A stretch of 64,000 bases of DNA. It comes from Diplonema japonicum. Lineage: Eukaryota; Protista; Euglenozoa: Diplonemea. How positions within the stretch are numbered: position 1 is the first letter of the stretch; every line of letters starts with the position of its first letter. Positions 32,127-42,665 of the stretch are shown piece after piece. The notes under the pieces are model-generated. The model searched no databases and was not told where the DNA came from. It was given only the letters and a program-made list of their open reading frames with translations. The position numbers and the translations under genes were made by a program. Location: positions 558,001 through 622,000 of the forward strand of contig OZ025653.1 in assembly GCA_964019335.1 (NCBI GenBank). Direction: 5' to 3'.

Positions 32127-33158
32127 CGGTAAAGAGGGCTAAAAAAAAAAGATCACAGAAAGAGCGTAAAAAAGTGAAGCTCAGTCCCGACACCTTGCTG
32201 CAATGTCGTCAGTGTTGAAGGTAAGTCTTTTCCCTTCAGTCAGGTGGCTCATGCTCTGCAGAACTGAACCTGTTGTCTGTCATGTCAATCATTTGCTTCA
32301 TCTCTCCCCACACATTGGGAACCGCTTCTTGATCCTGCAACCGGTATCTGGGGAGTTTGGGTGTGCGTGCAGTTCCATATCCGGAAGGGACGCGACCGTT
32401 AAACGCCCGATGGAAGGCAAAGGAAGAACAGCGATGGGCCACCTGGAAAAAACAACAGGAAACAAGGTGATGGATCATTTGCTTCATCTCCTTACATTTC
32501 CTTGGCAGGTGTGGCAAAAAGACAAAACGGAAAAAAAAGGTGTTCAGACAGCCCGTCGTTTTTGTCACCAGAGACAACACCGAAGTGAGCAGTAAGGCAT
32601 CAGCTTGCAAATACGAACAGTTTCATCACCACACTGCTGTCCACCACACCGATGCTTAGAGAGGGTCGATGCAAGTCAGTTGAAATAGTAGTAGAAATAG
32701 GTATCCTCAGAAGAGTACTTCAGACATATGCTTGTTTTGATTTGAGTTGGCATCACACAAGGAAGGTGCAAAATGTATAAAAAGAGGTCTTGGAATCCTC
32801 TTCTTTCTTCTCTGGGGAGTTTGGGTGTGCGTGCGGTTCCATATCCGGAAGGGACGCGACCGTTAAACGCCCGATGGGAGGTATAAAGAAAAGCCACGAC
32901 TCACCCTTGAAGAAGGAACGAGAGGAGAAGCTCCAACCGGGAAATTTGAAGCTCAGTCCCGACACCTTGCTGCAATGTCGTCAGTGTTGAAGGTAAGTCT
33001 TTTCCCTTCAGTCAGGTGGCTCATGCTCTGCAGAACTGAACCTGTTGTCTGTCATGTCAATCATTCGCTTCAAGGAGAGGGGGCAAAAAGACAACGTTAA
33101 ACGCCCGTCTGGAGAGCCAGGAGGGCCTCCCACCACAACACACAAGAAATACAGGGGG

Positions 33159-33242
33159 TCAGGTAGAGCTCAACTTTTAGTTTCAAGGAGGGCATGTTGC
33201 CCTCTCAAGGAACAGAAATCTAAAATGTTTTTATTTCATCAT
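33159..33242 (-). ncRNA. C/D snoRNA module F (4 copies)
   Basis: Box C ATGATGA, D' TTGA with guide GATTTCTGTTC (LSU GAACAGAAAUC), internal stem GAGGGCA/TGCCCTC, D CTGA with guide GTTGAGCTCTAC (approximately LSU GUUGAGCUUGAC). Confidence 0.75.
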
Positions 33243-33797
33243 TTTTTGCTGACAGCAAGAAGGAAACAGGGGGAGGGGGGGCTACGGGTTATACCAATCA
33301 GATCTTGGTTGTATTTTTGGAATAAGATTAATCAAAACAACGTTCATACGCCAGGTAAAGGTGTGCATCATGTTAAGGAAGAGGGGTTGGGATACGGAAA
33401 AGAAAAAAAAGAGAGGAGAAGCTCAGTCCCGACACCTTGCTGCAATGTCGTCAGTGTTGAAGGTAAGTCTTTTCCCTTCAGTCAGGTGGCTCATGCTCTG
33501 CAGAACTGAACCTGTTGTCTGTCATGTCGATCATTCGCTTCATCTCTCCTTACGGCAGGTGTGGCAAAAAGACAAAAAGGTGTTCAGACAGCCCGTCGTT
33601 TTTGTCACCAGAGGCAACACCGAAGTGAGCAGTAAGGCATCAGCTTGCAAATACGAACAGTTTCATCACTACACAAAATCCATGAAATATTGGGCTCAGA
33701 CGTGACAAGAATGGTAAAAAAAAATCAAAGGAATAAGACGAATAACAATATGCACAGTGACGCGGGTTCACTGTTAAACGTTAACATGCTGCAGGTT

Positions 33798-35672
33798 TCA
33801 GAGAGAATCGTAGTGCTGCTGCGACCACTTCCTAATCATCTGCTCCTCGATCTTCCTCACCTGGATGGCGGAGGGGGGGTCGTTGGGGGTGGCGAAGAAG
33901 AGGTCAAGATGATGGGCACCAAGGTCAATGACAAGTGCCACCGAAGAGCCGTCGGCAGTGATATTTTGAACCATCGGGCCTAAGGCACCTCCGCCCTTAG
34001 GGTACACACCACCGCCTGACCAGGGGTCGAGTGCTCCGTTGCTCCACACGATGTTCGTGTACTGCGAGACATTCACAGAGTGGTAGTAGCTGGTCACCCA
34101 ATTCGACCAGTTGTCCTTGTAAGTCGGCGTGCCGAACAGGCCCTGAGGGGCGAACTGGTTCTGACACCCGGTAGTGAGTTTATGCGGCCCAATAACTGTT
34201 TCCAAGGTGTAGCCCTTTGGTTCGTTGGGAGGCCAGAAGATGTCGCGCCCGACGCCTTGCACGTATGTGCATGACAGGTACAAGTCTTCGTTGCAGCAGA
34301 TAGGGTCCCATGCAAACATGGGGTCGGTCACGGGTTTGTTAAAGGTGCATGCTTTGTTCTTGTTACGGTTGCACAGCGGGCACTCCGGGCAGCCCTCGCA
34401 GGGAGGGCAGCTTTCGCATGTGTCGCTCTCCACTGTCTCGACAAACACAGGTTCTTCCTTCTCTTCAGCCTGCTCGGACTGGTCGCCCGTGTAGCAAGAC
34501 ACGCTGCCTGTGAGGTTGTGCCACACACCAGCCGCGTCTGTCATGGCAGTTACAAGGCCCAGCACGTGCGAGTCCAAGATTTGCTGCTCAGTCAGCTCCA
34601 TGATATTGCTAGTGGTGGTCCCCCAGTTTACGTTCACCTTCAGGTCACCCATTGTGATGTTGTACACCAGTTCGGACACGGACCCCTCTACCTTGGGGGT
34701 GAAGTTCTCAAGACCTTTGCTGCAGGCTTTTCTCATGGGCCATGCGGGGAGCGGGTTCTTGCCAGACCCAACAGAGTAGGTGATGTAGATAGAAGGGAAA
34801 GGGTAGTCACCTTCGCCCATGAAGAACCAAGGGACCTGCCCCCAGTTGATGAGGGTTGTTGCGTCGACGGTGTCCTCGCAGCGTTTTGCAGCTTTCGCGA
34901 GGAGGCTGCGGCCCTGGGCTGTCCTGCCGAGTTCGTTGATAAGGGGCCATGTGCTGCGGAGGTTGTTGTAGCAGCTGTCGGTGGCACCGCCTTTGCTGCT
35001 GAGGCCGCGAGAGAGGGCGGAGGAGCTGGAGTCAAGGCCTTCCTTTCCGCCGATGCTTGGGAAACCGCTAACGGGCGCGGAACCGGCAATGGAACCGGTG
35101 ATGACATCGGGGTACTTGATGCGCATCCATCCAGCAAGCATGCCGCCATAAGAACCACCAAAGGCGATGACAGGTGCGTTGGTGCCGAGCTCGGTCTTTA
35201 AGTGCTTGATAAGTACCGAGTAGTCTGCGAGGGCCTGTGCGCTGGTGCAGTACGAGATACAATCGTCCATCCCGTACATCTTCGGGATGGACTGCCCTTC
35301 GTATCTGTGCTCTGCGAAGACGATGAGCGCACCCATCTTGGCCCCCATCTCCCACATCAGCCCTGTGTTGTTCACGTACTCTTCCACAGGCGACTCGTTT
35401 CCTGTGTAAAAGAAAATGGGTGCTTGCTCCGCAGTGTCGTAGCCCACCTCTTTCCCCTGCTTCCAGTACTTGTCATAGTAGCAGTACCTCTCCATGTATG
35501 TGTAGTTTGAAGGCCCGAAGTGGTCCAATTTTTGCTCAAAATATTTCCACGTGCAGTTAACCGAAGACGGGTTCCCTCCCTCCGTCACCTGGCCCCACTT
35601 TCCAAAACCGAGACCTCGCCTGCCTTCCACCGCTGCTGTCAGAAGCAGCAGCATCATTATTTTGTGAAGCAT
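33798..35672 (-). CDS. PRCP: Serine carboxypeptidase S28 (lysosomal Pro-X carboxypeptidase-like), secreted
   Basis: Signal peptide MLHKIMMLLLLTAAVEG, QKLDHF, PIFFYTGNE, AEHRYEGQS, GGSYGG, SNGALDPW, AHHLDL. Confidence 0.92.
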   Translation of the reverse strand: MLHKIMMLLLLTAAVEGRRGLGFGKWGQVTEGGNPSSVNCTWKYFEQKLDHFGPSNYTYMERYCYYDKYWKQGKEVGYDTAEQAPIFFYTGNESPVEEYVNNTGLMWEMGAKMGALIVFAEHRYEGQSIPKMYGMDDCISYCTSAQALADYSVLIKHLKTELGTNAPVIAFGGSYGGMLAGWMRIKYPDVITGSIAGSAPVSGFPSIGGKEGLDSSSSALSRGLSSKGGATDSCYNNLRSTWPLINELGRTAQGRSLLAKAAKRCEDTVDATTLINWGQVPWFFMGEGDYPFPSIYITYSVGSGKNPLPAWPMRKACSKGLENFTPKVEGSVSELVYNITMGDLKVNVNWGTTTSNIMELTEQQILDSHVLGLVTAMTDAAGVWHNLTGSVSCYTGDQSEQAEEKEEPVFVETVESDTCESCPPCEGCPECPLCNRNKNKACTFNKPVTDPMFAWDPICCNEDLYLSCTYVQGVGRDIFWPPNEPKGYTLETVIGPHKLTTGCQNQFAPQGLFGTPTYKDNWSNWVTSYYHSVNVSQYTNIVWSNGALDPWSGGGVYPKGGGALGPMVQNITADGSSVALVIDLGAHHLDLFFATPNDPPSAIQVRKIEEQMIRKWSQQHYDSL

Positions 35673-35771
35673 TGCCTCTTTTTCCCCCCCTCTTTGGGAT
35701 AAATCTTTTTGCAAATGCGTCAGGAAAAAAAAAAAAAAAAACATAACCTTTTTACCCCTTAAGACTTCAAG

Positions 35772-35808
<37 letters not shown>

Positions 35809-35826
35809 TAAGGATCCTAAGCAGAT

Positions 35827-37170
35827 CTATTTCTTAGGACACCCCGTGAAGTTTCCAAGCGTGATATTATCGGCGGATGTGAGGAAACCGAATCGGTCGG
35901 GGTGCTGCCGTGCGAAGGGAGGACACGCCAGCCAACCATCGATGGATTTGTACGGAGCAGCCATTTGTTTACGGGAAGTAGAGTGGACGATTTTGCCTTG
36001 CTTGACAACTTTAATGAACGAGGCGGGGTCACTGTACCCACGAAGCGCGAGGAGGTCATGCATCCAACCGAACGCGCACAGCTTCAACATGATTCGTGCT
36101 ACAGAAGGGAAACAATTTGAACAATGCCAACCCGCCGATAAGACAGGCCTTGGGTGATATTTCTCCGATGCCCATGTACACGCTGTTTCCATAGGACTTC
36201 CATTCCCAACAAGCAACCTTTGCGCATAACGTTTCTTCCGCTTCCCCCTACACACATCACTGCTACCCCCTCGTCTACCGTGTATGTACACACCTGCCAT
36301 TCGGTACTTTAACGCATCGCGTCCTATGATAAGTGAGGACGCTGGAGCCATGTGGTTGATGCGTTCATTCCAGTACCCGTATTGGTACTCCTTGAAGTAC
36401 AGGACGAACCATCTGTTTGCAGAATGGTATTCAATGGCCCAGATTACAACCAAGGGGTTGGGGATCTCATCGAGATCGGAGTATAAAACCCAATCGTTGG
36501 GGAGCACCCCTGTGCTGTTTCCCACCGTGTAATAGCCGTGCACGGCGTGGTCGCGAAACCAGACTTCAACATCATCCCTTCCCACAGGAACCGGCCATGT
36601 TCCGATAGAAGTTGTTGATGTGGTGTTTGTTCGGGTGTCGGTGACACTGACATGAGCGGGTGTTCCACTTCCGTTGGAGAATATTGTGACTAATCGAATG
36701 CAGTTTCTCCATGGTTGGATACGGGGGTGGTCGAGGGTGACGAAGGATTTCTTGAATCCCCCGTATGTTAGGTTGGCTTGAAGCAGTACGAAAACGTCGA
36801 CCCAAGGGGATAGTACACCCAACCTAAGTTCGAACATCTCCCAGTCACCGTTGAAGGTGAACGTGTCCCATATTTTGATGGAGGAGGATTTTCTGCAGCA
36901 GTCTTCACCGGGGTGGAACCCGCACGCCATGCTGCTTTCGTTGTTCATCTCGCCATCTATCGGGGTGAGCCATTTCCCAAACGCCACGCTTGAGTTCTTC
37001 CCAACCTTCACCTCGTACCTTTCTGTCTCTACCACTCTCGCTTCATATGTTGTTTCGTGGACTTCATGATGAAGATGCATTACCAGTGAAAGATTCGCAT
37101 CTCTTGCGATAAACAACCCACACATCACCAGCACACCCACCACAACAAGAGTGAGTTTCATGTGCGTCAT
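35827..37170 (-). CDS. Glycosyltransferase family 17 (MGAT3-like), type II membrane protein
   Basis: N-terminal TM, IWDTFTFNGDWEMFELRL, VDVFVLLQANLTY, SDLDEIP, GWHCS. Confidence 0.8.
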   Translation of the reverse strand: MTHMKLTLVVVGVLVMCGLFIARDANLSLVMHLHHEVHETTYEARVVETERYEVKVGKNSSVAFGKWLTPIDGEMNNESSMACGFHPGEDCCRKSSSIKIWDTFTFNGDWEMFELRLGVLSPWVDVFVLLQANLTYGGFKKSFVTLDHPRIQPWRNCIRLVTIFSNGSGTPAHVSVTDTRTNTTSTTSIGTWPVPVGRDDVEVWFRDHAVHGYYTVGNSTGVLPNDWVLYSDLDEIPNPLVVIWAIEYHSANRWFVLYFKEYQYGYWNERINHMAPASSLIIGRDALKYRMAGVYIHGRRGGSSDVCRGKRKKRYAQRLLVGNGSPMETACTWASEKYHPRPVLSAGWHCSNCFPSVARIMLKLCAFGWMHDLLALRGYSDPASFIKVVKQGKIVHSTSRKQMAAPYKSIDGWLACPPFARQHPDRFGFLTSADNITLGNFTGCPKK

Positions 37171-37493
37171 CCCAACTACAAGGAAGGGTCAATCGTGCCC
37201 TCCCCGGGGCCCCCGCCTTTTTAAAAGAATTTTCCTTTTTGAATTGGCTTGCGACAATATATGTTAAAAAAAAGGCTGTGGTGGGACGGAGCACTTTCGA
37301 GAGAAAAAAAAGGGGGGGGGGACCGAAGAGGAAACCTGCAAGAGATACGAAAAGATAAACACCATAGGGTTAGAGTGCACAAGTATGGATAAAATAAAAT
37401 AAAAGCTAGCCCCCCTGTGAAAAAGGGATGTGTTTGTAATAAATAATAAGAAATACGAGGGGGGGGGGGGGGGAGGAAGAAAAGAGAAGGGAC

Positions 37494-39131
37494 CTACTTC
37501 CGCTTGCCTTTTCTCGTTCTTCCCGTTGCTTGGCTCGTTCCCATGAAGGTTATGCTTTGAGATGTGTCGATGTTTTTGCATTTTCTGCGCATTTCCACCG
37601 CTGCTTCCATGTCTCTTATCTGGTCTTTGAGGGACGCAATATCGGTGTCGAGTTCTTTTGATTCCGCAAAAGAAGCTCGGAGAGCTGTTTCTACTTCTTT
37701 TTTGACCGTTTCCTGTTCTGTGTGTATCTTCTCCTTCTTTGCAATGGCCTCACGTAGGTTTGTTTCATCTTCAGCAAGCGCTGCCTGCAAACAGGCTACA
37801 TCACTTGCAGCTTCGGCTCTTCCGTTTTCTAGCTCGTCTGTAATGAGTTTTTCATCGTCACGTTTCTCTTTGAGCGCCTTGACCTCCTCCTCGTAAGCTC
37901 TCAGCACCCGCCCACCTTCGTGCCGCTCCTTCGACAACAACTCTTCAAAATGCCGTCTCGCGCTCTCCATCTGGTGCGCCAGCAGATGGCTGTACTCCAA
38001 GCAGATCAACTCATGCTTCGTCTCCACCTTCGCATCCACAATGCTCTTCCCCGCCACTGTCGCCTTCTCCCATTGGTCCGGCAGCACATCCTTGTTCGTC
38101 TGGTGTATCAACAGCCTGTGTATGAACAGGTCACCATCATAATCCCATATCTTCTGCGACCCCAGCTCCATCACCAGTGTGTGCCCTGTCTCAAAGCAAT
38201 GCTTCAACGTGTGCTGTTCCGTGTACCTGCCGCACCCAATGAAGGTGCACACCAAGCACGCCCACAGAGAGTCCTTCGTGTTGCATACTTCGCAACAGGG
38301 CAGCTCCTCCGACGAGCTAGACGAAGAGCTTGACGCGAAAGAGGTGTTGTTGACATAAGGTACGGAGGGGACCAGGGAGGGGGGGAGAGTGGGGGAGATG
38401 GGCTCACGATGTTTCATCACCCGCCAGCTAGTACACACCCTGCAAGTTGATGTGAAGTGGCATCTGCATCCCTCTTTATGCGTGCAGAGCATATGCTGCA
38501 CGCCGCTGATGCTTGCGTCGAGACGCTCGAAGCAAGAAGCACATGTTGGCAGCTCTGTGTACCCCGACACCTTCAAGGGCGGTGTGACATTTGTAGAGGA
38601 CGCAGGCTTGTCATGCACGAGGAGCGCAGGCAGTGCATCAGCAGGGTGCGAGAACGACATCTCAGACTCTTGGTCAGCCCACGCTGCAGGCTTCTTGTGA
38701 GTAAAAGGCTGCACCAGCGGTGCCACAGCCAGCAACGCCCCTGCGCTCTCTATTTCATACCCGGACAGAATCATCATCAACTCCTTCGACCGCACCAGGT
38801 TGACACCCTCGATCTGTAGTAGGTAGCAATGCACTGCATCTGGGAAGTACCGCACCCTCCGCACCTTGTCCTTACACACTTCCAAAGCCTTCAAGAGCAT
38901 CTCGAAGGGCAACCCTTCTCTTCGTCCCAGTACCGCAAAATTCCATGTCCCCTCCCCGTTAGTGGAATCCGCTGGCATCTTCCCCATAAGAGACTGCTTC
39001 CTGTACAGGTGCGGGACGCCTGTCATGATTTCTACAACAGCGGGGCCGAAGGCTTGTCCCATTGCTGCTTCGACGGTGGAGTGTGTGGGGTTGGGTCCTG
39101 CCCCATCGACGTTCAGCAGCAGGTACGACAT
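37494..39131 (-). CDS. BRAP: BRAP2/ETP1-like protein (RING-like, zf-UBP, coiled coil)
   Basis: ELPTCASCFERLDASISG, LWACLVCTFIGCGRYTEQH, QKIWDYDGDLFIHRL, EYSHLLAHQMESAR. Confidence 0.88.
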   Translation of the reverse strand: MSYLLLNVDGAGPNPTHSTVEAAMGQAFGPAVVEIMTGVPHLYRKQSLMGKMPADSTNGEGTWNFAVLGRREGLPFEMLLKALEVCKDKVRRVRYFPDAVHCYLLQIEGVNLVRSKELMMILSGYEIESAGALLAVAPLVQPFTHKKPAAWADQESEMSFSHPADALPALLVHDKPASSTNVTPPLKVSGYTELPTCASCFERLDASISGVQHMLCTHKEGCRCHFTSTCRVCTSWRVMKHREPISPTLPPSLVPSVPYVNNTSFASSSSSSSSEELPCCEVCNTKDSLWACLVCTFIGCGRYTEQHTLKHCFETGHTLVMELGSQKIWDYDGDLFIHRLLIHQTNKDVLPDQWEKATVAGKSIVDAKVETKHELICLEYSHLLAHQMESARRHFEELLSKERHEGGRVLRAYEEEVKALKEKRDDEKLITDELENGRAEAASDVACLQAALAEDETNLREAIAKKEKIHTEQETVKKEVETALRASFAESKELDTDIASLKDQIRDMEAAVEMRRKCKNIDTSQSITFMGTSQATGRTRKGKRK

Positions 39132-39209
39132 GCCCTGTGGGGTGTGGGGTATGGAAGGACTTAAAATAAAAACAAGACCCGTCCCACAACACTAGTGAAC
39201 CACAGGACC

Positions 39210-39758
39210 TCACGTGTCGTACGCAAGGGGGGTGGAGGGGGATGCAGCGGGGGCGGGGGTCGAGAAGGGTTGTTTTGGGAGCATCTCACCAGCGAGCTTG
39301 CGGTCTTCGGGTGCCACACGGCGGTGATCATGTTCGTGATCAGGCTCGGCCCGGCTGCGGTCCTCGCTAGGAGCAGTGGTTGCTGCTGTAAAGCGCAAGT
39401 CGTTGGTGGTGTAGTCGTAACTCACGCCAAGCTTCTTGAGGTCCTGGAGGCCCAGCTGCACCAGCTTCCCAAGAGGAGTCTTCTCGTCCTGGTCCGAGCC
39501 GAATGACACAAACGTCTCAATTTTTCTAACCTCCCCTGTGACATCTACCACGCTCAGTGTTACGGGTCCTGATATGTCCGTCGTCTTCCCTGTCTGCTGT
39601 GCTCTCAGTTTGTCCATTAGAATGGACGCAGTCTGCTTGCTTTCCGCACCGCCTCGCAGAAGGTCTCCAATCAGCTTTCGTTTCTGTGAAATTAAAGGCT
39701 CAGCAGGTGGGATGGTTATGATATACCTCATCTTTTTCGTTCTGCTCAGCGGCAGCAT
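39210..39758 (-). CDS. Hypothetical protein
   Basis: Co-oriented 182-aa ORF, no recognised motif. Confidence 0.5.
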   Translation of the reverse strand: MLPLSRTKKMRYIITIPPAEPLISQKRKLIGDLLRGGAESKQTASILMDKLRAQQTGKTTDISGPVTLSVVDVTGEVRKIETFVSFGSDQDEKTPLGKLVQLGLQDLKKLGVSYDYTTNDLRFTAATTAPSEDRSRAEPDHEHDHRRVAPEDRKLAGEMLPKQPFSTPAPAASPSTPLAYDT

Positions 39759-40580
39759 CTACAAACCCCAACATCCCCTTCACAGAGATTGGCAGCTTTG
39801 TGTACGAGCTCACTGGGTTGGGCGTTACCTGATTTTTTTTTTTTTTTTTTTTTTTGTTCTTTTTCGTGCTCCCTTCACACCTTCATCCTTACCGACATCC
39901 CGTTCCTTGCCACATCTGCTTGTGACTTAGCAACAAACAGAAGGGTCCTACTGCGAAACATTCTTCCTTTTTTATAATGTGCCCTTTTTTTTTTTTTTTT
40001 TTCTTCTTTTTTTTTTATATTCCTCAGTAGCTACCAATTTTAAACACACAGATACAAAAAAAAATCAACACCAGACACTAAAAAAAGAAAAAGAAAAAAA
40101 CGGAGGAGAAAAAAAAAAAGAAACGGGGGTGAGAAAAAAGAAAAAAAAAAACGACTTCTGCACTTGAGCCTGGTGACGGAGGGGGAAAATGTGAGGGAGG
40201 GATCAAATAGAAAGAAAAAAAAATTCAAAAGAGGTCGAGAATAGAAATAAAAAAAGGCAAGGACGTGCCCTCTCATTAGCTGAGGAGGATGAGGGTGACG
40301 GTGAAGTATCTTTCCTCTTTCCTCCCGTTTTCCTCTTTTTCTCTGCTGCTATGTTACAGTTTTCTGCAGTTGACAAACACCGGGGCCTTGGTTGGGTTGG
40401 GATGATGGTGTTACTTATTTACTTATTTCTTCTTTTAACGAGCCGCTAAAGTAACAGCTGAACGCGTTTAGGTGTTTGTATCTTCCATATATTTTCTTCT
40501 CCCACTTTATTCTTGCAGCTGATGATGCCCTTACTATGTTATTTTTTTTTTTAATATTTTTGTTTCATGTCCAACAAGAT

Positions 40581-41398
40581 TTAATTGAACTCGTCATCCT
40601 CGTCGGGGAGGGGCATTGCTGCGGCGGCGGCGGTCTCCTCGATCATCGCCTTCTTCTGCGCTTCCGACATCGATACCTCCTCCCTCTGTTTGTGTGTTGT
40701 GTGTTGTGTTGTGTGTGTCCCCTTTCCCCATACCTGCAGAACGATCTGCTCAGTCAACTGAAGGTTGTTGTCGTTGGCGAGCTTCTTCGCCAGCCACAGG
40801 AAGGGCTTCTCGAAGTTGTAGTTCGACTTCGCGGAGATGTCGTAGTACTGAAGGTTCTTCTTTCTGTGGAAAGTGATCTGCTTTGCCTTCACGGTCCTCT
40901 CCATCACGTCCACCTTGTTCCCCACAAGCACCAGAGGGATGTTCTCGCACACCCTCACAACGTCCCTGTGCCAGTTGGGCACGTTCTTGTATGTCTGACG
41001 CGAGGTCACGTCGAACATGATGATCCCGCAGTTCCCTTGAATGTAGTACCCGTCACTGTGGTGTGGTGGTGGTGGTGGTGGTGGTGGTGGTGGTTAATTT
41101 CTTTTCTTGAATTCTTTTTTCCTTCTCTCATACCGGAGACCACCGTACTTCTCCTGTCCTGCTGTGTCCCACACATTGAAGCAGATCAGACCGTGGGTGG
41201 TGTGGAAGGTAAGGGGGTGCACCTGTGTTCAAAATTGAATGAAATTCATTCCCATTCGCTCCTTCATACCTCCACGCCGACTGTCGGGATGTACTTCTTC
41301 TCGAACTCACCGCTCTGGTGACGCTTCACGAAGGTGGTCTTACCGGTACCACCGTCACCCACCAACACGAGCTTGAAGCTGGCAACAGGTGCACTCAT
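40581..41398 (-). CDS. RAN: Ran GTPase copy 2 (same exons; different intron 1, intron 3 and flanks)
   Basis: Exons essentially identical to copy 1, three GT-AG introns at the same positions. Confidence 0.97.
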
Positions 41399-41736
41399 TT
41401 GAATATTCTAATTTCTTTGGTGGCTTAGCGGCATATGGTACAAGATAGAATGTGAACAGGAAGTTGCAGCTGATATACTACACAAGATGAAAAGTACCAA
41501 AAGATTACCAGAACTACACTTCTGTTGACAGTGTGGGTGCAAGTGTCTAAGTCAGAGAGAAGTGTACGGGGAGGTGGGCAGGGGTGAAGCCATCCAGCGA
41601 CTGCAACGCCGTCGGGATAGTGAACAGCCTGTTCTGTTCCGCAGAAAAGGTTGAATGAACCTTTTACTTGCCTGATGCTTACAGGGTTTGGATGGAATCA
41701 GGGAATATTTTTAGAACACAATATTTGCATAAAGAT

Positions 41737-42564
41737 TTAGTTGAACTCGTCATCCTCGTCGGGGAGGGGCATTGCTGCGGCGGCGGCGGTCTCCTCGATC
41801 ATCGCCTTCTTCTGCGCTTCCGACATCGATACCTCCTCCCTCTGTTTGTGTGTTGTGTTACGTTGTGTTGTGTTGTTCCCTCCCTTCCCCTTTCCCCGTA
41901 CCTGCAGAACGATCTGCTCAGTCAACTGAAGGTTGTTGTCGTTGGCGAGCTTCTTCGCCAGCCACAGGAAGGGCTTCTCGAAGTTGTAGTTCGACTTCGC
42001 GGAGATGTCGTAGTACTGAAGGTTCTTCTTTCTGTGGAAAGTGATCTGCTTTGCCTTCACGGTCCTCTCCATCACGTCCACCTTGTTCCCCACAAGCACC
42101 AGAGGGATGTTCTCGCACACCCTCACAACGTCCCTGTGCCAGTTGGGCACGTTCTTGTATGTCTGACGCGAGGTCACGTCGAACATGATGATCCCGCAGT
42201 TCCCTTGAATGTAGTACCCGTCACTGTGGTGTGGTGGTGGTGGTGGTGGTGGTGGTGGTGGTTAATTTCTTTTCTTGAATTCTTTTTTCCTTCTCTCATA
42301 CCGGAGACCACCGTACTTCTCCTGTCCTGCTGTGTCCCACACATTGAAGCAGATCAGACCGTGGGTGGTGTGGAAGGTAAGGGGGTGCACCTGTGTGTGG
42401 TTGGAGTGGGGTTTCTGAATCACATCCACTCATACCTCCACGCCGACTGTCGGGATGTACTTCTTCTCGAACTCACCGCTCTGGTGACGCTTCACGAAGG
42501 TGGTCTTACCGGTACCACCGTCACCCACCAACACGAGCTTGAAGCTGGCAACAGGTGCACTCAT
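41737..42564 (-). CDS. RAN: Ran GTPase copy 3
   Basis: Exons, introns and 5' flank near-identical to copy 1. Confidence 0.97.
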
Positions 42565-42665
42565 TTTATTTTCAAGTGTGTGCTCCTGTGTTTTCTTTTT
42601 TCACTTGCTTTTCCCCCCCCTTCTTCTTGTGCCTTGGCTTCTTCAAAATTTTTGAATTATACCAA

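Larger units (their letters stand above)
31352..33669 (-). ncRNA. snoRNA array 1; module order low to high E A B C D A D B C D A F E A B
   Basis: Repeated 70-125 nt modules with box C/D (or AGA) motifs on the minus strand and rRNA-complementary guides, separated by variable spacers. Confidence 0.85.

Noticed and set aside
31352-33669. CRISPR array interpretation of the repeat/spacer pattern
   Set aside because: Repeats are 70-125 nt of six types with C/D or AGA boxes and rRNA complements; no cas genes; eukaryotic context.
31461-33705. Recurrent ORFs such as MSSVLKVSLFPSVRWLML.. and MSGLS.. in the arrays
   Set aside because: Incidental translations of snoRNA modules; frames break at variable spacers.
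39131-39215. Splicing ORF 39210-39758 onto BRAP2
   Set aside because: Candidate GT donors are phase 2 while the CAG acceptor needs phase 0, and BRAP2 has a plausible N-terminus of its own.
40345-40375. TACAGTTTTCTG resembling the spliced-leader exon
   Set aside because: Only a short partial match; the rest of the SL and its GTATG donor are absent.
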